Below are positions 45,893 through 58,446 of a stretch of DNA of 64,000 bases, piece by piece. A program made the translations under genes and the position numbers. The notes beneath the pieces were generated by a model. It saw only the letters and a program-made list of their open reading frames with translations, searched no databases and was not told the origin of the DNA. Each line of letters starts with the position of its first letter. The first letter of the stretch is position 1. Origin of the DNA: Squalus acanthias. Its lineage: Eukaryota. The stretch spans positions 47,928,001 through 47,992,000 of the forward strand of contig CM059432.1 of NCBI GenBank assembly GCA_030390025.1. Direction: 5' to 3'.

Positions 45893-48789
45893 TTTGTCAG
45901 GGGGATGGGAAAAAGGGCTGTAGTCCACGAGCCAGTGGTGAGTGTAGGGAGGTACTGAGGAGGGTATCAAGGTCGCAGGAATATACCGGCAGACAGGAAG
46001 ATGGCTTGAAGTGTGTCTACTTCAATGCAAGGAGCATCCGGAATAAGGTAGGAGAACTTGGAGCGTGGATTGGTACTTGGGACTACGATGTGGTGGCCAT
46101 TACAGAGACATGGTTAGAACAGGGACAGGAATGGTTGTTGGAAGTTCCGGGGTATAGATGTTTCAGTAAGAGTAGGGAAGGTGGTAAGAAAGGTGGAGGA
46201 GTAGCATTGTTAATCAAGGATAGTTTAACAGCGGCAGAAAGGCAGTTCGAGGGGGATCTGCCGTCTGAGGTAATATGGGCTGAAGTTAGAAATAGGAAAG
46301 GAGCGGTCACGTTGTTAGGAGTTTTCTACAGGCCCCCAAATAGTAATAAAGATGTGGAGGAAGAAATTGCAAAGCAGATTATGAATAGGTGTGGAGGTCA
46401 CAGAGTAGTTGTCATGGGTGACTTCAACTTTCCAAATATTGATTGGAACCTTTATAGGTCAAACAGTTCGGATGGGATAGTTTTTGCACAGTGTGTGCAG
46501 GAGGGTTTCCTGACACAATATGTGGATAGGCCGACAAGAGGTGGGGCCACGTTGGATTTGGTACTGGGTAATGAACCGGGCCAAGTGTTTGATTTGTATG
46601 TGGGAGAGCACTTTGGAGATAGTGACCACAATTCGGTAACTTTCACTATTGCAATGGAGAGGGATAGGGCCATACGGCAGGGCAGGGTTTATAATTGGGG
46701 GAGGGGTAATTATGATGCGATTAGGCAAGAAGTAGGGAGTATAAGATGGGAACAGAAACTATCAGGGAAAGGCACAAACGAAAAGTGGAGCTTTTTCATG
46801 GAGCAATTACTGCGTGTCCTTGATAGGTATGTCCCTGTCAGGCAGGGAGGAAATGGCCGAGTGAGAGAACCATGGTTTACAAAAGAGGTTGAATGTCTAG
46901 TCAAGAGGAAAAAGGAAGCGTATGTAAGGATGAGAAAACAAGGTTCAGTTGGGTCGATTGAGGGGTACAAGGTAGCAAGGAATGAGCTAAAAAAAGAGCT
47001 TAGGAGAGCTAGGAGGGGGCATGAGAAGTCCTTGGCGGGTCGGATCAAGAAAAACCCCAAGGCCTTTTACTCTTATGTGAGAAATAAAAGAATGACCAGG
47101 GTGAGGGTAGGGTCGGTCAAGGACAGTAGTGGGAAGTTGTGCATGGAGTCAGAAGAGATAGGAGAGGTGATGAATGAATACTTTTCGTCAGTGTTCACCG
47201 AGGAGAGGGGCCATGTTCTTGAGGATGAGAGTGTGATAAAGGTAGATAGGCTGGAGGTGGTAGATGTTCTGAGGGAAGATGTTTTAGCAATTTTGAAGAA
47301 CCTGAGGGTCGATAAGTCCCCTGGGCCAGATGGGATATATCCTAGGATTCTTTGGGAGGCAAGGGAGGAGATTGCAGAGCCTCTGGCTTTGATCTTTGGG
47401 TCCTCACTGTCCACGGGGATGGTGCCAGAGGACTGGAGAGTGGCGAATGTTGTTCCTCTCTTCAAGAAAGGAAATAGGAATGACCCTGGTAATTATAGGC
47501 CGGTTAGTCTTACTTCGGTGGTTGGTAAGATAATGGAAAAGGTCCTGAGGGATAGGATTTATGACCATTTGGAAAGGGGCAACTTAATCAGGGATAGTCA
47601 ACACGGATTCGTGAAGGGTAAGTCTTGCCTAACAAATTTGATTGAATTCTTTGAGGAGGTAACTAAGTGTGTAGATGAAGGTAGAGCAGTTGATGTCGTA
47701 TACATGGATTTTAGTAAGGCGTTTGATAAGGTTCCCCATGGTCGTCTCATGAAGAAAGTAAGGAGTTGTGGGATAGAGGGAAATTTGGCCGATTGGATAA
47801 GTAACTGGCTATCTCATAGAAGGCAGAGGGTGGTGGTGGATGGAACATTTTCGGACTGGAGACCAGTTACCAGCGGTGTGCCACAGGGGTCGGTGCTGGG
47901 TCCTCTGCTGTTTGTGATTTTTATCAATGACTTGGAGGAGGGGACTGAAGGGTGGATCAGTAAATTTGCTGATGACACCAAGATTGGTGGAGTAGTGGAT
48001 GAGGTGGAGGGCAGTTGTAGGCTGCAAAGAGACATTGATAGGATGCAGAGCTGGGCCGAAAAATGGCAGATGGAATTTAACCCTGATAAGTGCGAGGTGA
48101 TTCATTTTGGTAGGGCAAATGTGAATAAGGATTACAGGGTCAACGGCAGGGTTCTGAGGAACGTGGAGGAGCAGAGGGATCTGGGGGTTCATATCCACAG
48201 ATCTCTGAAGGTTGCCACTCAAGTGGATAGAGCAGTAAAGAAGGCCTGTGGTGTGTTGGCGTTTATTAACAGAGGGTTTGAGTTTAAGAACCGTGAGGTT
48301 ATGCTGCAACTGTACAGGACCTTGGTGAGACCACATTTGGAATATTGTGTGCAGTTCTGGTCACCTCACTATAGGAAGGACGTGGAAGCATTGGAAAGAG
48401 TGCAAAGGAGATTTACCAGGATGCTGCCTGGTTTGGGGGGGAGGTCTTATGAGGAAAGATTGAGGGAGTTGGGGCTTTTTTCTTTAGAGCGGAGGAGGAT
48501 GAGAGGCGACTTAATAGAGGTTTATAAGATGATGAGGGGGATAGATAGAGTGGATGTTCAGAGACTATTTACTCGGGTAGAGGCAGCTGTTACAAGGGGG
48601 CATAACTATAAGGTGCATGGGGGGAGATATAGAAGGGATGTCCGAGGTAGATTCTTTACTCAGAGAGTGGTTGGGGTGTGGAATGGACTGCCTGCTGTGA
48701 TAGTGGAGTCGGACACTTTAGGAACTTTCAAGCGGTTATTGGATAAGCACATGGAGCACACCAGAGTGATAGGGAGTGTGATAGCTTGA
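45889..48789 (+). CDS. CR1 ORF2p: AP endonuclease + RT; -1 frame to ORF1, no upstream AUG (start given at the predicted frameshift)
   Basis: FNARSI, ITETW, GDFN, SDH; QGSVLGP, KFADD. Open from 45772; first ATG is at 46381. Confidence 0.93.
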   Translation, partial: LICQGDGKKGCSPRASGECREVLRRVSRSQEYTGRQEDGLKCVYFNARSIRNKVGELGAWIGTWDYDVVAITETWLEQGQEWLLEVPGYRCFSKSREGGKKGGGVALLIKDSLTAAERQFEGDLPSEVIWAEVRNRKGAVTLLGVFYRPPNSNKDVEEEIAKQIMNRCGGHRVVVMGDFNFPNIDWNLYRSNSSDGIVFAQCVQEGFLTQYVDRPTRGGATLDLVLGNEPGQVFDLYVGEHFGDSDHNSVTFTIAMERDRAIRQGRVYNWGRGNYDAIRQEVGSIRWEQKLSGKGTNEKWSFFMEQLLRVLDRYVPVRQGGNGRVREPWFTKEVECLVKRKKEAYVRMRKQGSVGSIEGYKVARNELKKELRRARRGHEKSLAGRIKKNPKAFYSYVRNKRMTRVRVGSVKDSSGKLCMESEEIGEVMNEYFSSVFTEERGHVLEDESVIKVDRLEVVDVLREDVLAILKNLRVDKSPGPDGIYPRILWEAREEIAEPLALIFGSSLSTGMVPEDWRVANVVPLFKKGNRNDPGNYRPVSLTSVVGKIMEKVLRDRIYDHLERGNLIRDSQHGFVKGKSCLTNLIEFFEEVTKCVDEGRAVDVVYMDFSKAFDKVPHGRLMKKVRSCGIEGNLADWISNWLSHRRQRVVVDGTFSDWRPVTSGVPQGSVLGPLLFVIFINDLEEGTEGWISKFADDTKIGGVVDEVEGSCRLQRDIDRMQSWAEKWQMEFNPDKCEVIHFGRANVNKDYRVNGRVLRNVEEQRDLGVHIHRSLKVATQVDRAVKKACGVLAFINRGFEFKNREVMLQLYRTLVRPHLEYCVQFWSPHYRKDVEALERVQRRFTRMLPGLGGRSYEERLRELGLFSLERRRMRGDLIEVYKMMRGIDRVDVQRLFTRVEAAVTRGHNYKVHGGRYRRDVRGRFFTQRVVGVWNGLPAVIVESDTLGTFKRLLDKHMEHTRVIGSVIA

Positions 48790-49643
48790 TCTTGGTCTCG
48801 GACAATGCTCGGCACAACATCGAGGGCCGAAGGGCCTGTACTGTGCTGTACTGTTCTATGTTCTATGTTCTATGTCACCTGCAATTACAGGGCCATATGG
48901 TAGCCACCTATGGTTGAAGAATAAGCTTATGCTAATGTGGCATGGCAGTGTGCATACCTTGCTTGACGGGCAGCAGTGAACTGGAGGGATGCTGCATTGG
49001 TCACAACAGGGCATGCAAGGTACCCCTCGTCGTCCTCCTACTCCTCTTCCCAGGAAGATCTGCGCTGAGATACATGGTTGCTACTCCTCCGATTATGAGG
49101 ACAAGGATGAGAGGGCATAAATGTTTCCCATCCCCTTGCTATAGATTTCATTTGAGGCAACAATCTTGCAAGTGCACAATCGAAGTGGCCTGAAATTATT
49201 CCATTCATGTCACACTACAGATGGGTGTCAGCTTGAACAGTCACAAGGTCAGTAGATATGCAAAATCTTATCCCATACCTACAACCGCAAAATTGTTGCA
49301 TTTAAATGTCAGCCATGTTTCAGGGGCACTTTTAAAGCGCTCCACCAATGCAAACAAATCATGTCCTCCAGCAACTCGTCTCCTTGAACCTGGCCTGTTT
49401 CTGACAAGTCGGGGAACAGGAGCCAGAAGCCCGAAAACGGGAAACCACTATCAAAATAGGATTAGCAAGGCAGTGAAGAGGCTGTTAACTGCCTTAACTA
49501 CCTGTCCCACCGGTTCCAGTCAGGTCAGTTTGGGAGCAGCTGAACAGACACTCACGAAAATCAGGTGGGAGCGGGATGGAGGTGGGTTTTTGCAACAGAC
49601 CTGCCTCCAAACCCGCCTCCTCAGGGCTATTAAAATCGAGCCC

Positions 49644-50172
49644 ATAGAGTACAAAAGCAAGGAAATGATGTTGAACCTGTATAAAACATTGGTTCGGCCT
49701 CAACTGGAGTATTGTGTCCAATTCTGGGCACTGCACTTTAGGATGGGAAGGCCTTAGAGAGGGTGCAGAAAATATTTACGAGAATGATTCCAGGGATGAG
49801 GGACTTCAGTTACGTGGATAGACTAGAGAAGCTGGGGTTGTTCTCCTTAGAGCAGAGAAGGTTGAGAGGAGATTTGATAGAAGTGTTCAAAATCATGAGG
49901 GGTCTAGACAGAGTCGATAGAGAGAAACTGTTCCCATTGGCAGAAGGATCAAGAACCAGAGGACACAGATTCAAGGTGATTGGTAAAAGAACCAAAGGCG
50001 ACATGAGGAAAAACTTTTTTACGCAGCGAGTTATTCGGATCTGGAATGCACTGCCTGAAAGGATGGTGAGGCAGACTCAATCGTGGCTTTCAAAAGGCAA
50101 TTGAATAAGTACCTGAAGGAAAAACATTTGCAGGGCTACAGGGAAAGGGCGGGGAGGTTGGGACTAGCTCTC
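49644..50172 (+). mobile_element. CR1 3' part, continuation of 40625-42106
   Basis: IEYKSKEMMLNLYKTLVRPQLEYCVQFW... Confidence 0.9.
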
Positions 50173-50269
50173 TATTCCTTCATCGAAGTCATTAATATAT
50201 ATGGTGAAAAGCTGAGAACACCACTTGTCACGTCTTGCTAATCAGAGAATGAATCTTTTATCCATGGCC

Positions 50270-51022
50270 ATCTTTCCAGCAAACTCCATGTTTGAACCTC
50301 TGGTTTCCGCCCCTGCTACAGCACTGAAACAGCCCTAATAAAAGTCACAAATGACTGTCTGTAACTGCGACTGTGGTGCACTATCCTAACTCATTCTCCT
50401 ACTATGTTAAAGACGCTATATAAATGCAAGTTGTTGTTGTTGTTGTCTGCTGTCTTTGACACCTCTACACCTCTCCGTTGTATAGCTCAGTGGAATTGCC
50501 CGCGCCTGGTTCCACTCTTACCTATCCAGTCGTAGCCAGAGAATCTCCTGCAATGGCTTCTCTTCCCGCCCCACACCGTTAGCTCTGGTATCCCCCAAGG
50601 ATCTATCCTTATCCCTCTTCTATTTATCATGTACATGCTGCCCCGCAAGGAAATCATCCAAAGACACAACGTTAGGCTCCACTAAAAGCTAGTGCACAGG
50701 TTCAAAAAGTCATCAAAGACTAATGGAATGTAGGCCTTTACCTCAAGGGGGTTGAAATACAATAATGAGGAAGTGATACTTCAGTAATAGAGCCTAGGTC
50801 GAGTACTGTGTTCAGTTTTGGGCACCGAACCTCACGAAAGATGTATTGGCTTTGGAGGGGGTACAGCGCAGAATGACCAGAATTATACCAGGGCTTAAAA
50901 GGTTAAATTATAAAGGCAGGTTGCATAAACTTGGCTTGTATTCCATTGAGTTTAAAAGATTCATGAGTGATCTAAGTGAGGTATTTAAAATGATTAAGAG
51001 ATTAGATAGGGTAGACATAGAG
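50270..51022 (+). mobile_element. Decayed L2 fragments (50270-50685) and CR1 fragment (50690-51022)
   Basis: STETAL-type L2 motif, (TTG)n tail piece, and ALEGVQRRMTRIIPG. Confidence 0.7.
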
Positions 51023-51965
51023 GACTGGATTTTACCAGCCCTGAGGAGGCGGGACTGCTAGGAAAATCCCCAATGTATTTCCCTTTTCTCCCCACATCTC
51101 TCAAAAGCAGTGACTTACACCAGAATATGATTCTACAGTTGTGGTGATTCCTTCTTAGTACTGCCTAACAATTTCTCACAAGTTCTCAAAGAAATTGGCT
51201 CATCATAAAAACACTTGACCTTTTACAACATTATAGTAATCTCTACTGTAAATGTAGCTGACAGGAAAAGTACACTGTTCAACATGTTGATGGATTAGAT
51301 TCCAAACATACTTTTTACATCTACAACTGCCATATTTAGACAAGACTTCAATCGAATGCCTGAAAATGTCACCATGTAGAGATTAGCGATTTACAAACCA
51401 GCAAATGCAATCAGCTTGCATATCCTGTGAGTGCTGTAATTGTGAGTTCTGCAACTTGTGTCACAAACAGTTCATTTTTCATATTTCACTGATATTGTAG
51501 TATGTAGTTGTTTATAATACTATTTCTGCAAAACAGTACTGGAAATGGTTTCTCAGAAAAACTCTTTCTTCCTTTTGACTGCCCGATTGTAAATCTCTTC
51601 CGGTGTGATATTGTATTGTAAAAACTTCCTCTTTTCCTGTCCTGAGGCTAGTTAATATTTAGTGGCTTTCGGTTGCTATACATTTAAAAATATAAATGAA
51701 TAAAACATCTTGCTAAGTCCTATTGCCCAGCACTTTTCCCATATCCTTTAAAATTTTTATTTTTCAAATATTTACCCACTTCCATTTCAAATGATACTAG
51801 TGATTCTGCTTCCAGCGATTTTTGTTAGCGCGGTCCATTACCTAATAACCGTCCGCCTAAAAAAAATTCTCATAACCTCCTTCTTCATTATTTTGCCAAT
51901 GATCTTAAATTGATGCCCTCTAGTTATTGACTCAGGTTCACTGGATCTTCTGTTCATAAAAGTGA

Positions 51966-52432
51966 GTCAGTTGTGGCTCAGTTGGTAGCACCCTCGCCTC
52001 TGAGTCAGAAGGTTGTGGGTTCTAAGTCCCACTCCAGAGACTTGAGCACAAGAATCTAGGCTGACACTCCAGTGCAGTACTGAGGGAGTGCTGCACTGTC
52101 GGAGGTGCCGTCTTTTGAATGAAATGTTAAACCAAATGTCTGCTCTGTCAGGTGGCTGTAAAAGATCCCATGGCACTATTTCAAAGAAGAGCAGGGGAGT
52201 TATCCCTCGTGTCCTGGCCAATATTTATCCCTCAGTCAACATCACTGAAACAGATTATCTGGACATTATCACATTGCTGTTTGTGGGAGCTTACTGTATA
52301 CAAATTGGCTGCCGTGTTTCCTACATTACAACAGTGACTACACTTCAAAAGTACTTTATTTAGCTATAAAGCACTTTGAGACGTCCGGTGGCCATGAAAG
52401 GTGCTATATAAATGCAATTCTTTCTTTCTTTT
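51966..52432 (+). mobile_element. Full-length tRNA-derived Deu-type (SacSINE1-like) SINE
   Basis: A box TGGCTCAGTTGG, B box GGTTCTAAGTCC, L2-like 3' end and (CTTT)n tail. Confidence 0.88.
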
Positions 52433-53234
52433 TAGCTGTGGTGGGCCTGGTTCTGGAAGCTTGATGAGGAAAGGGGCAGGTAGGTTATGACAGTGGGCAG
52501 AGATTTGCCTGTATATGGAAGCCATTTGGGAGAATCTAGAAATGGCTAGCATGTCATCGTGGGACAAAAGGTGCACTTGCATGCTACCACGAAAACAAAC
52601 ACTGAGTGACATTAAGAAGTGAGAAAATCATGCTCTGCAAAACACAGAAATATTGTACATGCACAGTGCAGCCCCAAACTGTGCAAAAGAAGGCTTGTCA
52701 ACAACAAAAGCAATGGAAATAGAGAAAAACACAAGGCTCGGGTTAATAAAATGGGGAGGCTTAGTGAGTTTGCCTGTAGAAATAGGGAAGTAGCAGACAG
52801 AGGGTGGTTGGGTGCCAATATTTGTGTAAAAGAAGTCCCTAAAATGGCAGGAAAGAAAAACAATGAAAAATGGCAGAAATGGCAAACTGCGCTGTCATCC
52901 AAAGGCTTTCTAACCTTTTTTGAGGGTTGAGGCTGGTTTTGTTTTGGGTGAATGCGAATTCTTTTGAATGATAGTGAAAAGTATTATGTGTTTTTGTGAG
53001 TGTTTGCATGTATTTTGATTGATAAAAAATCTACATTCATAGAAAAACAGCCAATTCCGTATGCTTTACACGATATGAACACATTTTCACGCCCTAAAGA
53101 TATGGAAGACAGTGGTAAATTATAATGTAAAGAAAGAACTTGAAGAGAATGTTATTCATTTTCATTAAAACAAGCTTATTTTTCTTTAGTCACTGTAATT
53201 CTCTGTTGACCAGTCGAGGTATTTATTATTTTGA

Positions 53235-53395
53235 TGCATTTAAGAGGAAGCTAAATAAGTACGTGAGGGAGAAAGGAATAAGCTGATAGGATTAGATGAA
53301 GTAGGGAGGGAGGAGGCTCGTGTGGAGCATTAACACTGGCATAGACCAGTTAGGCCGAATGGTCTGTTTCCATGCTGTAAATTCCATGTAAATTT
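53235..53395 (+). mobile_element. CR1 3' end fragment
   Basis: GGCCGAATGGTC hairpin followed by a TGTAAATTCCA-type repeat tail. Confidence 0.65.
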
Positions 53396-54892
53396 GTGTT
53401 TTGGTTTGCAACACTAGAACCCTTATCTCTAGGAACAACTTTCTGAACAACATTTTTCTCAATGTCAGTGGCCTTACAAGTAAAGAAAGCTGACATAGTT
53501 CTGGTGTACCTGATAACTTGATTAGAATCTTGTATGTCAGGACATGCAGTCATCCATATACCTGAACATTATTGATGGATCACTAGTGGGCTACCCGGTT
53601 CCTATTCTGCCACTGAGTATGACCTTGAACCAATTACACAACAGCTTTGCAGAGTTTTCACAGTAATTGGTTAGATATTTACACATGTCCTCAAGGACAT
53701 CAAAAATAGTGTTGCGATTACTGTGCTATGATCACTGAATATTGTTAAAGAATAATCAGGGGCCAAACCTTTACCACATTTTTTTTTAAAAACCCTTTAA
53801 ATAGTTTTAACATTTCAGTTAGGAAAGTAATTCAATGTAATTTGAATGTCACTTTTTTCATCTTACATTGTCTGTACACAATATTCCGTAGAATCGTAGA
53901 ACCTTACAACACGGAAAGAGGCCATTTTACCAAATCTGTGTGCGCCTACTCCCTGAAAACATTATTCATTTCCCCCTATTCCAGCAAAGATTGGAGACCA
54001 GAAGATGGAGCACCTGGCTCAAAAAGTTAGTACAAAATCTTTCGATAAATATTTAAAAATTATATTCAAAATTCACCATTCTGTGAGTATATATGTCAAC
54101 AGTTCCTTTTTTCTTCAATGACTATAGCCAGTGGCGGGTGGATTCGTAAAGCTCTTGTATTGTGCAAAGCCATTACTCTTCACTGCTATTGTAACATTCC
54201 AAAACTGCTGAGGGAATTATAATAATACATGGATTTATGTAGCACCCTATGAAATTGAAACATCTGAAAGCACTTCACTCACAGTGGGGTAAAAATTGGT
54301 ATATTTTGCGCTCGACATATAATTAACAGCTACATTACAAGCAAAATTTGGCCATATTTGCACTGCTCTTCTTTAGCAGATACTGCAGTGCCATTTTGCT
54401 TGTTTACAAGGCTATGGTTTCCAGAGGGTGACTGACTAGCACCTTTTTACTTTGCAATAGGATCTTAAACAACAATGTTGATTTTCTGCCATACATAGCA
54501 CAAATCCTGATTGCATTGGCATCGATAATATTTTCATCTGGCAATAACATTAGTGGTAATAGTTGTTTTCCATCCACCCACCTGCCCAATCTTCAACCTA
54601 CAGTTATGAAGGAAAACTCACAGAATTGAATTGGTTTTCACTGGACAGATCTTTAAAATGACGATTGAAAGAGGATATCATCCAGGTCATTAAAATGCTG
54701 ATTGAGAAGGAGCATGATCCAGGTCGTTAAAATGTTCAGACCATGGATGTAAGATGGAAGTGATCTATTTAACTTAGGTTAAAAGTGCAGAACTAAAGGA
54801 AACAAGTAAAAAAATTAACAAGTTGAAACAAGATTAAAGATTTTTCCCACAGAATGTTGAACATGTCAAAGGATGGAAGAAAGAAAAACACA

Positions 54893-55320
54893 AAAGTCTT
54901 GCATTTATATAGTACCTGTCATGGACATCCCAAAGTGCTTTATAGCCAATTAGTTACTTTGAATAGTAGTCACTATTGTTTTGTAGGCAAGCAAGGAAGC
55001 CATTTTGTGCATAGCAAGATCCCATAGGCAGCAATGAATAATCAGTTTATCTGTTTCGGTGATGTCGCTTGACTAAGTTGATGAATATCAGACAGGATAC
55101 CAGGAAAACTTCTTCTTCAAAAAAGTGCCATGGGATCTTTTATATCCACCTGAATGGGCTGCAGGAACCTTGGTTTAACACCTCATTGAAAAAGTGGCAC
55201 CTCCAAAAAGCAGCACTCCTTCACGAAAATGTCAGCCTAAACTGTGTTCTTATAAGCTGCAACAAACCCACAATCTTCTGATTCAGAGTCAAAATACTAC
55301 CATTAAGCCAAACTGACTAC
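54893..55320 (-). mobile_element. Deu-type SINE, reverse orientation, decayed
   Basis: Homologous to the reverse complement of 51966-52432. Confidence 0.7.
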
Positions 55321-55323
55321 TGT

Positions 55324-58300
55324 GGCTGCGATTTCCCCTACCTCGGTGGGTCCAGTGCAGCCGGGGTCGGTGGGGGTTGCGACTCCGCTGCTGGCTCCAG
55401 CCTGCTGTCCAAAGTGACCTTACGCTGATTGGGCTTGTTAAGCCCGCCCAGCGCGTTTCCCGGCCAATTGAAGGAAGCGGGTCTGATGACGTCACTTGAT
55501 GACGCGTCATCAGCTGGTTGCCTTAAAGGGACCATGCGCAAATTGATTTTGACAGTTCTGCTTTCAGTGTTCTACATTGAGGTGCTGTCAGTGTTCTACA
55601 TTGAGGTGCTGCAAACATGGACAAGCACTGCACAGAGGTGCACGGCTGCACCCAGTCTCTCCCATGACTCCCTCCATATGCTTATGGAGGGAGTCACAGC
55701 ACGCAGGGAGGTTCTCTTCCCTTCCCATGGGCAGAAGAGACCTCCCCAGGAGATCAACGCAGCCTGGTTGCACATTATGCGGGAAGACACAAGCAGGGAT
55801 GTCGTCAGGAGGACCAGGCTGCAGTGGCGCAAATCTTTCAATGATCTGAGCAGATCACAAAACGTTACTGCAAAGCCACACTCAACCTCATCCTGCTGTG
55901 CCACTCATCACATCCCCATCACTCTGCCTTCCCTACCCTACTCCTGCACATCCTTACTCACACCAACTTACCTTGCACCTCCACCCATCCCTCTCTATCT
56001 ACATTATCACTTCCCCATCTCACTAGCTACCCCTTACACTCACCCTGATCCTAGTCCAATCATATCAAGTAACAAGACACAAGGGTAGGCACTTGTGTGT
56101 TTTAGCCAATGTTCATGTAAAGTTTCTGTTAATATGGTGTCAAACATTGAAAGTTATTTTCAACACTTTGCGTTCTTGGACAGATTTGTGTGCACCTTTG
56201 GAAGTGGCTTAGTGAGTTGCAGTGAATGGTGAGACATAATGGTACTCCCTGCAATGGCGATGAGTGTGAAAGGAATGGCTTGGGCATTGTATGGATGCTC
56301 TATGGTGTTGGTGTGGGGTGGTGCCAACCTGGCACGTTATGTGGCAGCCAGGGTGTGCAGCATCAAGTGAAGTAAATCTGGCCATGGTGAGGCCATCCCT
56401 GGCCTCCCGGCCAGCAATGTAGTTGGGTGCTGGTGCCCTGTGTCCTGTGCAGCATCAGTTGATTGTGGAGAAGGTTGGTGTTGTTGTTGGTACTGCTGAT
56501 GTGCCTGGTGCTGCTGGTTTTGGGGCTGATCGTGGTGGGATTCTGAGGACCAAGGTGAGATAGCTTCAAGGGCACTGATGCTGATGGAATAGATGGCAGG
56601 TGAAGTTGAGATGACAGAAGTGATCTGTCAATGGTGAGATAGGTTATTCCAATGAGATGACACTGGATACAGAGTTTGCTCCAAACACTTGCAAGCTGCA
56701 TAAAGCTCAATCTCTCTTCCAAATGCAGTAAGCAACAGCTTCTGACCTTGGAAAGTGAACAGCTATGAAATACATACGAACATACGAATTAGGAGCAGGA
56801 GGAGGCCACTCGGCCCCTCGAGCCTGCTCTGCCATTCAATATGATCATGGCTGATCTGATTACTCCACATTCCCACCTACCCCCAATAACGTTTCACCCC
56901 CTTGCTCACCAAGAATCTATCTACCTCTGCCTTAAAAATATTCAAAGACTCTGCTTCCACCGCCCTCTGAGGAAGAGAGTTCCAAAGACTCATGACCCTC
57001 TGTGAGAAAAAATTTCGCCTCATCTCTGTCTTAAATGGGCGACCCCTTATTTTTAAACAGTGACCCCTAGTTCTAGATTCTTCCACAAGAGGAAACATCC
57101 TCTCCACATCCACCCTGTCCAGACCCCTCAGGATCTTATATGTTTCAATCAAGTCACCTCTTACTCTTCTAAACTCCAGTGGATACAAGCCTAGCCTGTC
57201 CAACCTTTCCTCATAAGACATTCTGCCTATTCCAGGTATTAGTCTAGTAAACCTTCTCTGAACTGCTTCCAACGCATTTACATCCTTCCTTAAATAAGGA
57301 GACCAAATTGTACACAGTACTCCAGATGTGGTCTCACCAATGTCCTGTATAACTGAAGCATAACCTCCCTACTTTTGTATTCAGTTCCCCTCGCAATGAA
57401 CGATAACATTCTATTAGCTTTCCAAATTACTTTCTGTACCTGCATACTAACCTTTTGCGATTCATGCACTAGGACACCCAGATCCCTCTACATCTCAAAG
57501 CTCTGCAATCTCTCACCATTTAGATAATATGCTTCTTTTTTATTCTTCCTGCCAAAATGGACAATTTCACATTTTCCCACATTATACTCCATTTGCCAGA
57601 TCTTTGCCCATTCACTTAACCTATCTATATCCCTCTGTAGCCTCCTTATGTCCTCTTCACAATTTACTTTCCTACCTATGTTTGTGTCATCAGCAAATTC
57701 AGCAGTCATACCTTCGGCCCCTTCATCCAAGTCATTTATATAAATTGTAAAAAGTTGAGACCCCAGCACTGATCCCTGTGGCACACCACTCGTTACATCT
57801 TGCCAACCAGAAAATGACCCATTTATGTCTACTCTCTGTTTCCTGTTAGCTAGCCAATCTTCTATCCATGCCAATATGTTACCCCCTACACCATGAGCTT
57901 TTATTTTCTACAATAACCTTTGATGTGGCACCTTATCAAATGCATCTGGAAATCTAAGTACAGTACATCCATCGGTTCCCATTTATCCACAGCACATGTT
58001 ACTTCCTCAAAGAACGCCAATAAATTGGTTAAACATGATTTCCGTTTCACAAAACCATGTTGACTCTGCCTGATTACCTTGAACTTTTCTAAATGGGAGC
58101 TTTTATAGACCATTTGCAGCTGTCAAGTTAAGAAATGATCCTATGCTGACATAACTCCTGACCTGCTTACCTGACGTGATCCCCGAGCAGCAGGGAAGCT
58201 GTGGGCGAACTCTTAAATTTTAAAGGTGAGCTTAAAATAGTTTTTAAGTGCCTGTTAACAAGCTCTTAATCATCTAAATTGCCTCCCCTGCCGCTTGGTA

Positions 58301-58446
58301 TCAAGTCTGTTCAGTGATGACAAACCCGATATCTGGGAAACTAGCGTGGCAGTGGGTTGACAGCGGGTTCCCTACCAGCTGTCAAAAAAAATGATTTCCC
58401 ATCCAACCCACCACTGGGCCTGCTGACCCCCCGAAAAATTCCCCCC
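55324..58446. mobile_element. Non-autonomous Harbinger derivative with Myb/SANT exon 1 remnant (55617-55862)
   Basis: TSD TGT and degenerate TIRs. Collinear with 18040-18780 and with 20520/38480/40440-40600. Confidence 0.82.
56771..58093 (-). mobile_element. CR1 3' fragment inserted in the Harbinger derivative
   Basis: QGSVLG and EFADD motifs; (ATGTTCGT)n tail on the minus strand. Confidence 0.93.

Larger units (their letters stand above)
44536..48872 (+). mobile_element. Full-length, fully open CR1 LINE
   Basis: TSD TGTCAC (44530-44535, 48873-48878), tandem 5' monomers, open ORF1 and ORF2, (ATGTTCT)n tail. Confidence 0.97.
42107..49643. mobile_element. PIF/Harbinger transposon lacking transposase, with both ends
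   Basis: TIR GAGCTCAATTTTAA / TTAAAATCGAGCCC; TSD ATA at 42104-42106 and 49644-49646. Confidence 0.9.

Noticed and set aside
51966..52040. tRNA gene
   Set aside because: The A/B boxes belong to a SINE head and there is no complete cloverleaf.
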